This document shows positions 37,826 to 49,445 of a stretch of 64,000 nt of DNA, piece by piece (within the stretch, counting starts at the first letter, position 1; each line of letters starts with the position of its first letter). The notes beneath the pieces were generated by a model that saw only the letters and a list, made by a program, of their open reading frames with translations, was not told where the DNA came from and made no database searches. Source of the DNA: an uncultured Thermoleophilia bacterium (GTDB taxonomy: Bacteria > Actinomycetota > Thermoleophilia > UBA2241); the NCBI GenBank assembly GCA_963702475.1, contig CAVPCT010000003.1, positions 96,001 to 160,000 of the forward strand, given 5' to 3'. Made by a program: the position numbers and the translations under genes.

Positions 37826-39777
37826 GCCGCAGGCGGTCGCGGAGCCCCGTCAGGGCGGCGCCGCGGGTCGCCGGAAGGACCACCGGTGGCGCCGGCTCGT
37901 CCTGGGCGGCGCCGGCGGTGAAGAGGATCGCTCCGCCCCCGCCGCCCAGCCACAGGTGCGTGGCGTCCGCGGCTGCGAGGCAGTAGACGTCGGTCGCCGT
38001 CACCGGCAGCGCCACCGTCCACGTGAGGCCGCCGTCCGCGGTGCGCCACAGCGCTCCGCCCCCGCCGCCGGCAAGGCCGTGCAGCGCGTCGACGAACACC
38101 ACCGCCTGGAGGGCCGTCGGCGTGGCGGCGACCTGGGTCCAGGTGGCTCCGCCGTCGGCGGTCCGCACGATGGCGCCCGACAGATGGTCGCCGTCGGCGC
38201 CGTAGTCTGCGCCCACGGCGCAGCCCTCCAGGGCGCCGCTGAAGGCGACGTCGCGCAGCTCACCCCAGACGTCCACTTGGGCCGTTCGCCAGCTTCGGCC
38301 GGCGTCGGCCGTGGTGAGCACGACGGCGCGGCCCTGACCCCAGGCGTCCCCCCCGACGGCGACAGCGCGTTCTCCCCCGAGCGCGCGTACGGCGTTGAGT
38401 TCGGTGTCGGCGTCCACGCCGGGTTGCTGCGCCGCCCACGTTGCGCCGCCGTCGTCCGTGCGCAGCACGGTCCCGGCGGCGCCCACGGCCCACCCGGCGC
38501 CGGCGGCGTCCAGGGCGACGTCGTACAGGGCGCTCGTCACCGGCGAAGGTACGAGGTCCCACCGCGTTCCGGCATCCCCGGTGGCGACGATCACTCCGGC
38601 GGCGCCCACGGCGCAGCCACGCCCGTCGGCGGCGAACGCCACGGCGTCGAGCCGTCCGGCGACGGGCGGCGGCACGGCGGTCCAGCGGATGCCCTCGGCC
38701 ACCCTGAGCATGGTACCGGCGTCGCCTACCGCCCAGGCCTCGAGCGGGCTCAGAGCGGTGATGCCGCGGATGCGCGCCGTCGGTCCGCTGAGCACGGAGG
38801 CCCACCGCCGGCCGCCGTCCGTGCTGCTCAGGATGGCGCCGTGCGTGCCCACGGCCAGGCACGAGGTCCAGCCGGCGCCGACGGAGAAAAGCGATGTCCC
38901 CGGGACCGGGGCGTTGCCCCGCCAGGACCTGCCGTCGTCGGTGCTCACGTAGGTGAGCCCTCCCTCGCCCACCAGCGACGTGGTGCGCGAGTCGACCCGC
39001 GCCAGCCCGTACATCGTCGACAGCGTCCCGGTGTCGACGCGCCTCCAGGTGGCGCCCGCGTCGGCGCTACGCCACACGATGCCGCGGGACGAGGCGACGA
39101 GAAGGGTCTTCTTGCCGAGCATGAGCACGTCGTGCAGCACGCCGAACACCTCGGGCGCCCGGAGCTCCCAGGTCTTCCCCCGGTTGCGGCTGAACGCCAG
39201 TGTCCCGAGGTCGCCGGCCGCCCAGCCGCGCCCCCTCGCGTCGAAGGTGACGGCGTACAGGTTGTGGGGAGAGTGACTTGGGCGGCGGGTCCAGGTCGAG
39301 CCCTCCGTCCGCGGTCTGCAGGATGAGGCCGTGTTCGCCCACGGCCACGGCCTCGCCGGCCCGCGGAGACCAGACGTCCATGAGCGTCGCGGTGGTGCCG
39401 GACGCCTGTCGCGCCCAGGTGAGTCCCCCGTCGAGCGTGGCGAGGATCACACCGCCGACGCCGACGGCCCAGCCCTGGCCGCTCGAGCGCACCCGCACAC
39501 CGAAGAGCGACTGGCCGACCCCGGAGGGGACTGGGGTCCAGGTGAGGCCGCCGTCGGCGGAGGTCAGGACGGTGCCGGCGTCGCCCACGGCGACGGCACG
39601 GAGCCCGTCGATCACCTGCACGCTGCCGAGGGAGTTGCCCTGCGGCAGCGGGTTCTGCCACTGCCAGACGGCCGCGGAGGCACCGAGCGGCGCCGCGGCC
39701 AGGACGACCAGGGCGGACAGGATGGCGCCGGCGAGCTGCGCGGGCCGGCGCCACGCACGGCGCAGCCTGCCGTTCAC
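37815..39777 (-). CDS. Secreted YCF48/BNR-repeat beta-propeller protein (frameshift at about 39302)
   Basis: WQWQNPLPQGN start and many AVG..G.I..T.DGG.TW repeats split over two frames at a G-run. Confidence 0.8.
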
Positions 39778-41330
39778 GGCGCCGGCGTCAGGTCGTCGGT
39801 ACCGGCGAGCCGCCACGAGTCCCCTGCGTCGGCGGAGACGAGCACCATGCGCCGCAGGTACAGCGGCGGCTGCGGGCCGTCCTTGCCGGACTGCTTCCAG
39901 CGCTCCACCGCCGCCTTGCGGATCGAGCCTTCCTTGCCGGCCATGCAGCTGGCCGAGAGGAACAGCCGGCCGCTACGGTCCAGGGTCAGTGCCTGCGTGT
40001 AGATGCTGTAGTCGGCGAAGGGCGGGACGACCACGAGGCGCGGCTGCGTCCAGCCGGTGAACGGGTCGCGGCGCTGGTAGGCGAGCGCGCCGTAGAACTT
40101 GCCGCCGAAGGTCGTCTCGCAGTCCTTGCGCCACTGGCGGAAGGCGATGTGCAGACGGTCATGCCCGTCGATGACGAAGGCCAGATAGGTCTGGCGACCC
40201 TCCTGGGGGCCCGACGGCCGCACGCGGTACCCGGTGGTGCACACGTCCTCCAGCTGCGACCAGCCTCCGTCCGACGTGAGCGGAAGGAGGGTGCGGCGGT
40301 ACTGGAACGGCCGCCCGTGCGCGCCGGCGACCACGTGGAGGTAGCCGCGCGAGTCGAGGGCGATGCCGGGCTGTGCGTGACCGTCGTTGGCCGGCTGCGA
40401 CCAGGCGAGCAGGACGCGCTCCCCGAGGACGCCAGTGCGCCTGTCGAAGGGTACGACGAAGACCGGCGATCCCTGCGCGATCCGGGCCGTGGACTCCACG
40501 TAGACGATCCAGGTGGTGTCGCCGAAGGTGGCCAGGGGGCTCGCGGTGGTCGCGCCGTCGCCGAGACCGAGGACGTGCTCGCTGACCAGGGTGAGAGGAG
40601 GGACGACCACGGCGTCGCCCGAGAGCGCGGGACGCGTGACCCAGAGCTCACGTGCGAGCTTCCCGGTGTGCGGATTGAGGTGCGGGGCCACCCGTCCGAC
40701 GAGGATCGGCGGGGGGCCGTCGAGCCGGTTGTGACCGGTCCAGGACTCCGGGACGATCTCCCCGTCGGGCAGGTCGACCGTGTGCCACGTGGCGCAGCGG
40801 TCGGTCGACCAGAGCAGCACATTGCGCACGCCGTCATCGCGCAGGCGGACGGTGACGACTGTGTAGGCGCGGTCCTGAGCGTCGAAGACGACGCGTGCGG
40901 CCGGCCCTCCTCCTCCTCCTTCGGTACCGTTGTAGTCCGGGTAGGCGGCGCGAAGGGCGGCCACCAGGTCGAGCCGTCGCCAGGCGCCGTCACTCCACGT
41001 GTTCACGAACCCGGTGTAGTCGGGATCGGCGGACCGGCTGCGGATGTACGGGGCGCCCGCGGCGTCGAACGCCGGGACGTTTCGCGTGAAGGGCGGCGCG
41101 TAGCCGAACTGGGCGCTGAGGCCCTCGGCGGCTGAGAGGACGATCGGCGTGGGGGTGGGGGACGGCGTGGCGGTGGGAGTCGCCGACGGCGGCGGTTCGG
41201 GAACGGCCGTGGCCTGAGATGGGGCGGTCGCGGCCAGGCCCGTGGCGGCGGCCGCCACGACGAGCAGAAGGACGATGAAGAGGAGGCTGGAGTGCGCGGG
41301 CCCGGTGCTGGTGGAGTGCGGCGGCGCCAT
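39774..41330 (-). CDS. Secreted BNR/sialidase-like beta-propeller protein
   Basis: Signal peptide, PT-rich linker, NDGHAQPGIALDSRGYLHVVAGAH, TY, SADAGDSW. Confidence 0.75.
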   Translation of the reverse strand: MAPPHSTSTGPAHSSLLFIVLLLVVAAAATGLAATAPSQATAVPEPPPSATPTATPSPTPTPIVLSAAEGLSAQFGYAPPFTRNVPAFDAAGAPYIRSRSADPDYTGFVNTWSDGAWRRLDLVAALRAAYPDYNGTEGGGGGPAARVVFDAQDRAYTVVTVRLRDDGVRNVLLWSTDRCATWHTVDLPDGEIVPESWTGHNRLDGPPPILVGRVAPHLNPHTGKLARELWVTRPALSGDAVVVPPLTLVSEHVLGLGDGATTASPLATFGDTTWIVYVESTARIAQGSPVFVVPFDRRTGVLGERVLLAWSQPANDGHAQPGIALDSRGYLHVVAGAHGRPFQYRRTLLPLTSDGGWSQLEDVCTTGYRVRPSGPQEGRQTYLAFVIDGHDRLHIAFRQWRKDCETTFGGKFYGALAYQRRDPFTGWTQPRLVVVPPFADYSIYTQALTLDRSGRLFLSASCMAGKEGSIRKAAVERWKQSGKDGPQPPLYLRRMVLVSADAGDSWRLAGTDDLTPAP

Positions 41331-41348
41331 GCGCAAAGGATACACGCC

Positions 41349-41404
41349 TGAGCGCGAAGACGCCGGGCGGGGCCTTCAGGCCCTCCCCGGCGTCTTCGCG
41401 CTCA
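41349..41404. terminator. Long terminator-like hairpin downstream of osmC
   Basis: tgagcgcgaagacgccggg / cccggcgtcttcgcgctca. Confidence 0.7.
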
Positions 41405-41424
41405 CACCGATGTGGCGGCGGTGC

Positions 41425-41867
41425 TCAGGCCAGCGCGGCCTGCACGCTCAGTTCGACGTTGCCCTTGAGGGCGCCGCTGATGGACAGCCGTCCTTGGCCA
41501 TCTCGGCGGCCTCCTTGAAGGAGGCCTCGTCCATGCCCGGCACCGTGCCCTTCACCGTGAGCTCGGAGGTGCCGACCTTCCAGCCGCCCTCGATCTCGGC
41601 GAAGGTGACGGTGGCGCTCACCTCGAGCTTCTCGGGCGCGTGCCCCTGCTCTCCGAGGATGCCCGAGAGCGCCATGCAGTAGCAGGCGGCGTGCGCCGCG
41701 GCGACCAGTTCCTCGGGGCTCGTCTTGCCCTCCGAGCGGGCGGTGCGCGACGCCCACGTGACCGGCAGCGGGCCGGCGGCGCCGCTGGTCGCGAGCGATA
41801 CCTCTCCGGCGCCCTGCCCGAGCGAGCCCTGCCAGACTGCCTCGGCGCGGCGTGGTGCGTTGGCCAT
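41425..41867 (-). CDS. osmC: OsmC family peroxiredoxin (frameshift at about 41482)
   Basis: TSPEELVAAAHAACYCMAL and AKDGCP[I]SGALKGNV; one C missing in TGT-CC-ATC. Confidence 0.85.
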
Positions 41868-42007
41868 GATGGGACCTCCTGCCGGTGAGCGGCCGGGCGC
41901 TGCTGCTCCGGCCCGGCCGCGCTCTGCGTTCGTCCCCTCATGCCCGCGAGAGACGTGCGGCCAAACGCGGCCGTGCCGTGCGGGCCGCGCCGTCACGCCC
42001 CAGGCGC

Positions 42008-43763
42008 TCAGCCGTCGCCCAGGCAGTACAGGTTGCCGTCGCGGCAGCCGATGAACACACGTCCCTTCCACATGACGGGGGTGCTCTCGAAGGCGCCACC
42101 GCCGGCGAAGGACGACTTCTCGACGACGTCGACGGTGAACCAGTCCCCGCTCGGGCTCCTGAGGGCGCCTTCGTCACCCTTCTTCGCCGTCTTCCACTTG
42201 ACCTTGTAGAGGTGCACGCGGTTGTCGTACCCCGCGGCGACGATGGCGTCGTCCACCATGATCGGGGTGGAGATGGACGCGCCGATGTTGAAGCTCGCGA
42301 CCGTCTTCGGCGTGGGATACGGGCCGTCTCCGTTGGGTCCCCGTACCTTGCTGCCGGTCTTCGCGTCCTGTGCCACCACGTACAGGTCGCCGTCGATCGC
42401 GCTGAAAGCCGCAAGGCGAGGACGGCGGCCCCACGGGTCGTAGGTGTCGTTCACCGCCACCGACCCGATCACGCCGCCCTGCCAGTCGCCCAGTGTGCGG
42501 TCGCCGGTGGGGAAGAACCATCTCACGGCGGCCGACCCGCTCTTCTTCGGGTCCAGCATGAGAACGCCGCCATGGCCGCTGATGTATTGCTTCTCCACGG
42601 CGGCGAGCAGGTAGCCTGACGCGGTCGTCACGGGGGTGCCGTCCAGGTCGGACCCGGTGCGGTAGTCCCACACCACCTTGAGGTCGCTGCGGCGCATGCC
42701 GTAGACGTGGCCGGCGCCGGAACTGATGTAGATGATGCCGTCGAGCAGGCTCGGCGAGGCCTCCAGCACGAGGTTGCCGCCGTGCGCGGAGCCGTCGCCG
42801 GGGTCGCCGAGCAGCAGACGCTGAGCAATGACCTTCGGCGTGCGGTAGCCGTTCCAGGCGCTCGTCTCGAACGGATCGAGCTTGTAGAACCAGCCGCTCT
42901 CGACCGCCGAGAACATGCGCTTGTTGTAGAAGAACCCGCTACTGTCCACGTCACGGCTGTAGCTGGCCGTGAGAGGCACGGGCAGGCGCCACACCTCCTC
43001 GCCTGTTCCGAACGACACGGCCCGGTACGGCGCCAGGTCTGAGTCGGTGAAGCCGGACGGCCAGCCCCGGCGCGACCCTGCCAGCACCAGGTACCTGTCG
43101 CTGTCCTTCTCGGGGCGCGGATCCTCGATCACGGTGGGGCTGCTCTTGATGATGTCGTCGAACGCGTACGCCCAGACGACCTTGCCGGACTTCAGGTTCG
43201 ATCTTGTGGAGCTTGCGGTCGAAGGCTCCCCACAACAGGTACAGGGAGCCGTCGTCGCGGACGATGACCGGCTGCCCCGTCCACCCGCTGCCGGACCACG
43301 GCTCGTTCGGCCCGTTGCCGACCGGCGAGGTCATGCCGCCGCCGATGAACGTCTTCCAGATGAGGCCCAGCTTCTTGGGCGGCGGCCCCAGGCCGTACAG
43401 CCGCCGCGTCTCGTCCCCGAGGTACGTGGACACCTTCACCCCGTCACCCTCGGCCTCGATGGGCGGGGGTGGGTCCAGCGAGACAGGGCCGGGGAACGCC
43501 GCAGTGACCAGCGTGATGCTGTCCGGCCGTGGCCGCGCGCTCTGCCCGTCGCCGCCGCCGGCCGCCGTGTCTCGGCCGGAGTCGTGAGTCCACAGTCGCT
43601 GGGCCGCCCCCGTGCCGAACGCCACGGCGACGGCAGCCGCGGCGACGAGCACCGCGATGACGAGCGCACGGCGCCGCCGGCGCCGCTGCAGCCGCAGCCT
43701 CTGCTCCGCTGCGGACACGTACACGCGGTACGGCGGCCGCCTGTGTCTGCGGTGGTCGCTCAC
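42008..43763 (-). CDS. Membrane-anchored PQQ-like beta-propeller protein (frameshift at about 43197)
   Basis: N-terminal TM, WTGQP, GKVVW, KSSPT, EASP, ISTP, FESTP..GCRDGNLYCLG repeats over two frames. Confidence 0.78.
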
Positions 43764-43945
43764 GATGGCTACAGTATCACCGCGGGGTGGGGAGCCTCCG
43801 CTCGGCCCGCACGAGCACAAGGAATGCGCGACTCCGACCGTTGTAGGGGTATACACAACTAATGTAGAGCGCCGATGTGGAGGCGGCGCTTCGTCTCGTG
43901 AACGGCGACGCTGAGGGGCGTGAGGTTCACGCCAAGGAGGAAGTC

Positions 43946-45766
43946 ATGAGGGGACGTCTGATCGTACTGGCGGTGTGCGCGGCGGTGCTGCTGCTGTTCG
44001 CCGCGCCGGCCGCGTTCGCCGCGCCCATCGATGTGCAGTCAATCGCACCAGACTCGGCGGGTACCGGCGAGACCGTCGAGTGCTCCATCTCCGGCCACTT
44101 CAACTTCCCGGCAAGCGTCGGGAATTGGCCGCAGTTCACACTGAGCGACGGTGTCACGACGATCCACGGCGACACGACATGGTTCGCCACTCCGAACTGG
44201 GCCGAAGTGAGGTTCACCATCCCCGCGGCCGCCACGCTGGGCTGGTACGACCTGATTGCCGAGCAGCAGCTCGGGACAGACGTGTTGCCTAACGCGTTCT
44301 ACGTGGACGAGTTCCCAGTGATCCTGTGGGTCGACCCGGCAAGCCTCCCGGCCGGACCCGCGCCCAGGGCCATCACCGTCCATGGAAAGCACTTCTACGG
44401 CGGGGTTTTCGGTTCGCGCATCCTTGTTGATGGACACGCGCTGCCGACGACCTATCAGTTCCCCGACAGGCTGACTGCGACGATCCCAGCCGCATACCTC
44501 GTCGCCCCCGGCCAACTGCGCATCCAGGTGCTGAACCCCGGCCCGACGCCGATCGACAACCGCACCAGCAACGTCTACTGGCTGACGGTGTGGGGGCTGC
44601 CGTCGATCACCTCGATCAGCCCGACGTCGGCCGCCCCTGGCGGTCCTGCGTTCACCCTTGACGTCTACGGCACGAACTTCGCCACCGGTCCGAACGGGGC
44701 TGTCGTGGTGTGGGTCGTCCAGGTTTCGAGCGGCAATACGGTGTACTGGAGCAGCACCGACCTGGCCACGGTCCGCGACTCGCCGACACACCTCAGGGCG
44801 ACCGTGCCGGCTTCGTTGACCGCCAAGGCCGGCGCAGCGACAGTCGTGGTGCGCAACGGGGTCTCGACGCAGGCCCCCTCCTCCAACGGCGTGGCCTTCA
44901 CCATCGTGCAGCCGAATCCCGTCCTCACCAGCATCGCACCCACGTCGGTGTGGGCAGGCTACGTCAAGAACGACATCGTCCTCAGCGCCGCCGGCAGTGG
45001 GTTCGTGAGCGGCGCGCGCATCGCCCTCAACGGCGTGGACAAGACGAACACGACGTTCGTCAGCGCCACGCAGCTCACCGTTCCCCTGGCGGCCGCCGAC
45101 ATCGCCACGCCGGGCACGATCAACGTGAGCGTCAAGAACCCGCCGTTCCCGCCGGGGTACTCGAGTGCGGCTGCGATCCCGCTCGCCGTACAGGCAGAGA
45201 CCACCGTGCCGCAGGTCAGCATCGCCGGCGCAGATGCCAGCTGGCACAACGCTTCCGTGGTCCTCAGCTTCGCGGCCACCGACGCGCAGTCGGGCATCCA
45301 GAAGGTGCAGTACATGTCCGCCCCGGCGGTGCCATCGTGGACCGACGGATCCTCGTACACGGTGCCGACCAGCACCCAGGGCGCTGTCACCGTGAACGTG
45401 CAGGCGCTCGACTGGTGCAACAAGGCCGGTACGGCCAGTGTAACCGTGTTCATCGACGCCACGCAGCCTCGGACCGAGACGCTCCGCAATGCGACAGTCA
45501 AGAAGGGCCACAACGCCAGGCTCAAGTTCCGCGTGGAAGAGCCGCCGGGCCTGAGTCCGACCTCGGCGGTCACCATCAAGATCCTGCGCTCCGATGGATC
45601 GCAGGCAAAGAAGCTTGTCTACCCCAGCGTGCCCGTGAACAGGGACCGTGTAGCGGGCTTCGAGTGCAATCTCAAGAAGGGCATGTACAGGTGGTATGTC
45701 TACGCCACAGACCTGGCAGGCAACACGCAGGCCAACGTGGCCCACGCCAAGCTCACCGTGAAGTGA
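43946..45766 (+). CDS. Secreted IPT/TIG-domain surface protein 1
   Basis: AAGGAGG RBS, signal peptide, several P.ITSISP IPT repeats, C-terminus YATDLAGNTQANVAHAKLTVK. Confidence 0.85.
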   Translation: MRGRLIVLAVCAAVLLLFAAPAAFAAPIDVQSIAPDSAGTGETVECSISGHFNFPASVGNWPQFTLSDGVTTIHGDTTWFATPNWAEVRFTIPAAATLGWYDLIAEQQLGTDVLPNAFYVDEFPVILWVDPASLPAGPAPRAITVHGKHFYGGVFGSRILVDGHALPTTYQFPDRLTATIPAAYLVAPGQLRIQVLNPGPTPIDNRTSNVYWLTVWGLPSITSISPTSAAPGGPAFTLDVYGTNFATGPNGAVVVWVVQVSSGNTVYWSSTDLATVRDSPTHLRATVPASLTAKAGAATVVVRNGVSTQAPSSNGVAFTIVQPNPVLTSIAPTSVWAGYVKNDIVLSAAGSGFVSGARIALNGVDKTNTTFVSATQLTVPLAAADIATPGTINVSVKNPPFPPGYSSAAAIPLAVQAETTVPQVSIAGADASWHNASVVLSFAATDAQSGIQKVQYMSAPAVPSWTDGSSYTVPTSTQGAVTVNVQALDWCNKAGTASVTVFIDATQPRTETLRNATVKKGHNARLKFRVEEPPGLSPTSAVTIKILRSDGSQAKKLVYPSVPVNRDRVAGFECNLKKGMYRWYVYATDLAGNTQANVAHAKLTVK

Positions 45767-45798
45767 CGGGCCCGCAGCGGGTGCGGCACGTCACGCAA

Positions 45799-45842
45799 GG
45801 CCGGAGGGGGCCGGCGACGCCGGGCGCCGGCCCCCTCCGGCC
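45799..45842 (+). terminator. Terminator-like hairpin
   Basis: 18-bp stem ggccggagggggccggcg / cgccggccccctccggcc. Confidence 0.6.
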
Positions 45843-45985
45843 GCCGGGCGACGGGGCCGGCCTGTGAGTCTGTTCGTCTGCTTTTCTTCAGAGTACAGTG
45901 CAGGCACGACTTCGAGGCGGGATCAGTGCGGTGCCACATCGTGCCGCCGTCGCCCCGTACACCACGGGAAGCACGAGGAGGGGTC

Positions 45986-47551
45986 ATGGGGAAGCGATTC
46001 GTAATCCTGCTCGTCGGTGCGGCCATCATGCTGGCGATCAGCGCGCCGGCGGCGCTTGCCGACCTCGCCGTCACGAGTGTCACTCCTACCAACGGCATCG
46101 GCGGTGAGTCCGTCACCTGTACCGTTGAGGGCACGTACTGGGTCAACACCCTGTTCCACGACGCCCTTGACCCGGCGTTCAAGCTCGTCGACGGGGTGAC
46201 GCTGACGGAGATTCCCGGCACCACGAACAGCTACAGCGCCACGACCGCCAGCGTCACGTTCGCCCTGCCGCTGAACGGCCCGCAGGCCCGCTACGATTTG
46301 AGCGTCTCGCAGAGCCACAAGCCGTCGATGGCCGCCATCTGGTCGAAAGACATCACCACCTTCGACAACGCGTTCGGCCTGTGGGTGAGGCCGGCCATCA
46401 CCTCCATCAGCCCGACCGGGGCGACCGTCGGCAGCGCCGCCGTCACTCTGACCGTCGCCGGCCAGCGATTCGTCACCTCGCCGCTCATCTTTGGGGCGCG
46501 CTCCGTGGTGCGCTTCAACGGCTCCGATGTGAGCACTACGTACAACTCGAGTTCGCAGCTCACGGCGACGATCCCGGCGGACAAGCTCACCGCCGCCGGC
46601 ACCGCTGAGATACGCGTGTTCAACAGCCCGGGCTCCGGCATGAGCGGCTTCGCGGGGGTCGGGAGCAACGCGCTCACCTTCACCATCAGCAGTCCGGCGC
46701 CGACCATGGGGACCATCAGCCCCACCTCGGTCTGGGCCGGCTGCGTGAGGACCGACATCGTCCTCACCGTCACCGGCACCAGCTTCGTGAACGGGTCTCG
46801 CATCGTGATCAACGGCGGCGAGAAGACCAACACCACGTTCGTGAGCGCCACGCAGCTCACGGTGCCGCTCACCCCCTCGGACATGGCGGCGGCGGTGCCC
46901 ACCCTCATGGTGACTGTGCGCAACCCCCCGTTCCCGCCGGGGACCTCGAGCGCCGGGGGCCTGCCCATCACGGTGCAGCCGGAGACGACCACGCCGACGG
47001 TGACGATCAGCGGCGCCGATGACGGCTGGCACAACACCCCGGTCGCGCTGACCTTCGCGGCCAGCGACAGCCAGTCGGGCATCCAGAAGGTGCAGTACAT
47101 GTCCGCACCGACTGTGCCCACGTGGACCGACGGCACCTCCTACACTGTGCCGACCAGCACGCAGGGCGCCGTCCCCGTGAACGTCCAGGCGCTCGACTGG
47201 TGCAACAAGGTCGGCACCGCCAACGCGACGGTCAACATCGACACCACCGAGCCGGAGACCGAGGCCCTGAACGACCCCAGCGTGAAGAAGGGCAAGAAGG
47301 CCAAGCTCAAGTACCGCATCACCGAGCCGGCCGGCCTGAGCCCGACGGCCGACGTGACCATCAAGATCAAGCGTGGCAACGGCACCACGGCGAAGACCTT
47401 CCGGATGAACGACGTGCCGGTGAACACCGACCGGGCGAAGAGCTTCACGTGCAACCTCGACAAGGGGAAGTACACGTGGTCCGTCTACGCCACCGACCTG
47501 GCCGGCAACAAGCAGGAGAACATCGCCAAGGGCAAGCTCACGGTGAAGTGA
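45986..47551 (+). CDS. Secreted IPT/TIG-domain surface protein 2
   Basis: GAGGAG RBS, signal peptide, IPT repeats, C-terminus YATDLAGNKQENIAKGKLTVK. Confidence 0.85.
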   Translation: MGKRFVILLVGAAIMLAISAPAALADLAVTSVTPTNGIGGESVTCTVEGTYWVNTLFHDALDPAFKLVDGVTLTEIPGTTNSYSATTASVTFALPLNGPQARYDLSVSQSHKPSMAAIWSKDITTFDNAFGLWVRPAITSISPTGATVGSAAVTLTVAGQRFVTSPLIFGARSVVRFNGSDVSTTYNSSSQLTATIPADKLTAAGTAEIRVFNSPGSGMSGFAGVGSNALTFTISSPAPTMGTISPTSVWAGCVRTDIVLTVTGTSFVNGSRIVINGGEKTNTTFVSATQLTVPLTPSDMAAAVPTLMVTVRNPPFPPGTSSAGGLPITVQPETTTPTVTISGADDGWHNTPVALTFAASDSQSGIQKVQYMSAPTVPTWTDGTSYTVPTSTQGAVPVNVQALDWCNKVGTANATVNIDTTEPETEALNDPSVKKGKKAKLKYRITEPAGLSPTADVTIKIKRGNGTTAKTFRMNDVPVNTDRAKSFTCNLDKGKYTWSVYATDLAGNKQENIAKGKLTVK

Positions 47552-47576
47552 GCGTGGCGAGGCAGTCCGTGTGAAG

Positions 47577-47614
47577 GACGCGGCGGGCGGCGGCCGATGG
47601 CCGCCCGCCGCGTC
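47577..47614 (+). terminator. Terminator-like hairpin
   Basis: gacgcggcgggcggc / gccgcccgccgcgtc. Confidence 0.55.
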
Positions 47615-47746
47615 GAGTATTGCGGTCTGCCGTCCCACCTGAGGTAGGCTAACCGCGCGGCTCCACTCGCAGACGTCGCCTCGCACGCTCGGGGTCGCGA
47701 CCGGAGGGGTGGCGCGGGCACGTCCGCGCCGTGTCAAGGAGGAGCC

Positions 47747-49282
47747 ATGAAGAGACGGGTCTTGTTCGTACTCGCCTGCGTAGCCCTGCTGCCGGTGGTC
47801 GCCGTCCCGGTGGCTCAAGCCAACGGTTTCAGCGTCTACGGGATCACGCCCCCCACGGGCGATACCGGGACCACCGTGACCTGCATCGTGTACGGCAGCT
47901 TCTACCACCCCATCGGCTTGGGAACGTCCCAGCCCGACTTCCGGCTCACCCAGGGGCTCACGAGCATCGAGGGCACCGCCGAGTACCTGGTTGGTCAGGA
48001 CGGCACGGCGGCTACCGTCACGTTCGCCGTCCCCGGCGACGCACCGCTGGGCCTGTACAACCTGCACGCCAGGCAGTGGGCGCTGGGGGACTACCATGGC
48101 GCGAGCTTGTTCAACGCGTTCATCGTGCAGCAGCGCCCCGTGATTCTCTCCTGCGACCCACCCAGAGTGGTCGCCGGCTCCGGCGACCTGAAGCTCACCG
48201 TGAACGGTGCCAACTTCATCAGGATCTACTCGCCGCTGCCGAGGCAGTCGCAACTGCAGGTCAACGGCACCGTCGTGGGCACCACGTGCGAGTCCTCCAC
48301 CAGGCTGATAGCCATGATCCCAGCCTCGCTGGTGGCCTCGCCCGGCACCCTGCACCTGGTGGTGGTGAACTCCGGCACCAAGTACGACCCCGAGGTCTGG
48401 AGCAGCCCCTTCCTCTACGCCGTCACCGCTCCGCCGGCCCCCGTGGTCACCGCGTGCTCCCCGACCTCGGTCTGGGCGGGGTACGTCGGCAACGTCACCC
48501 TGACCGTCTCCGGCAGCAGCTTCGTGGGCACGTCGCGCATCGCCCTGAACGGCGTGGAGAAGACCAACACGACCTTCGTCAGCTCCACCCAGCTGAGCGT
48601 GCCGCTGACCCCTGCCGACATGGCCGCCGCGGGCACGGTCGCGGTGAGCGTCCGCAACCCGCCGTTCCCCGGAGGCTCCTCCAGCGGCAACGTCTCGCTG
48701 ACCGTCCAGGCCGAGACCACCGCACCTACGGTCACCATCAGCAGCGCCGACGGCGGCTGGTACAACTCCCCGGTGGCGCTGACGTTCGCGGCGACCGACG
48801 CGCAGTCCGGCGTGCAGAAGATCCAGTACATGGCGCCGCCGGCGGTGGCCGCGTGGACGGTGGGCTCTGCCTACACGGTGCCGACAACCAGCCAGGGCCC
48901 AACCGTAGTCACGGTGCAGGCGCTGGATTGGTGCAACCAGGTCGGCACCGCCACGGCCACGGTCAATATCGACACCACCAAGCCCGGCACGGAGACGCTC
49001 GGCAACGTCAGCGTGAAGAAGGGCAACACGGCCAGGCTCCGCTTCAGCGTCGGTGAGCCCGTCGGTCTCAGCCCGACGGCCGATGTGACCCTGAAGATCG
49101 CCAAGAGCCACGGGAAGGTCGTCAAGTCCATCCGCGTGGCGGCCGTGCCGGTCAACAGCGACCGCACGCAGCCGTTCGTGTGCAACCTCGCCAAGGGCGC
49201 CTACACGTGGTCGGTCTACGCCACCGACCTCGCCGGCAACACGCAGGCCAACGTGGCCAAGGCGAAGCTCACGGTGAAGTGA
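47747..49282 (+). CDS. Secreted IPT/TIG-domain surface protein 3
   Basis: AAGGAGG RBS, signal peptide, IPT repeats, C-terminus YATDLAGNTQANVAKAKLTVK. Confidence 0.85.
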   Translation: MKRRVLFVLACVALLPVVAVPVAQANGFSVYGITPPTGDTGTTVTCIVYGSFYHPIGLGTSQPDFRLTQGLTSIEGTAEYLVGQDGTAATVTFAVPGDAPLGLYNLHARQWALGDYHGASLFNAFIVQQRPVILSCDPPRVVAGSGDLKLTVNGANFIRIYSPLPRQSQLQVNGTVVGTTCESSTRLIAMIPASLVASPGTLHLVVVNSGTKYDPEVWSSPFLYAVTAPPAPVVTACSPTSVWAGYVGNVTLTVSGSSFVGTSRIALNGVEKTNTTFVSSTQLSVPLTPADMAAAGTVAVSVRNPPFPGGSSSGNVSLTVQAETTAPTVTISSADGGWYNSPVALTFAATDAQSGVQKIQYMAPPAVAAWTVGSAYTVPTTSQGPTVVTVQALDWCNQVGTATATVNIDTTKPGTETLGNVSVKKGNTARLRFSVGEPVGLSPTADVTLKIAKSHGKVVKSIRVAAVPVNSDRTQPFVCNLAKGAYTWSVYATDLAGNTQANVAKAKLTVK

Positions 49283-49330
49283 CGGCCGGCCGGGCCGGTC
49301 GTCTTCGGGCGGCCCGGCCGGGGACGCGCC

Positions 49331-49368
49331 AAGTCGGGGCGGCGGCCGGAGGGCCGCCGCCCCCACTT
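49331..49368 (+). terminator. Terminator-like hairpin
   Basis: aagtcggggcggcggcc-ggag-ggccgccgcccccactt. Confidence 0.55.
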
Positions 49369-49445
49369 GTCTCTGGGGTAAGCTTCGGTCATAAGCGGTA
49401 TGCCTGCGGCGTCCCGCTTGTGTTCGCCACGAAGAGAAGGGCGTC

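Noticed and set aside
49283-49445. Possible selC tRNA-Sec near selD
   Set aside because: Only GC-rich hairpins; no cloverleaf, TCA anticodon arm or T-loop.
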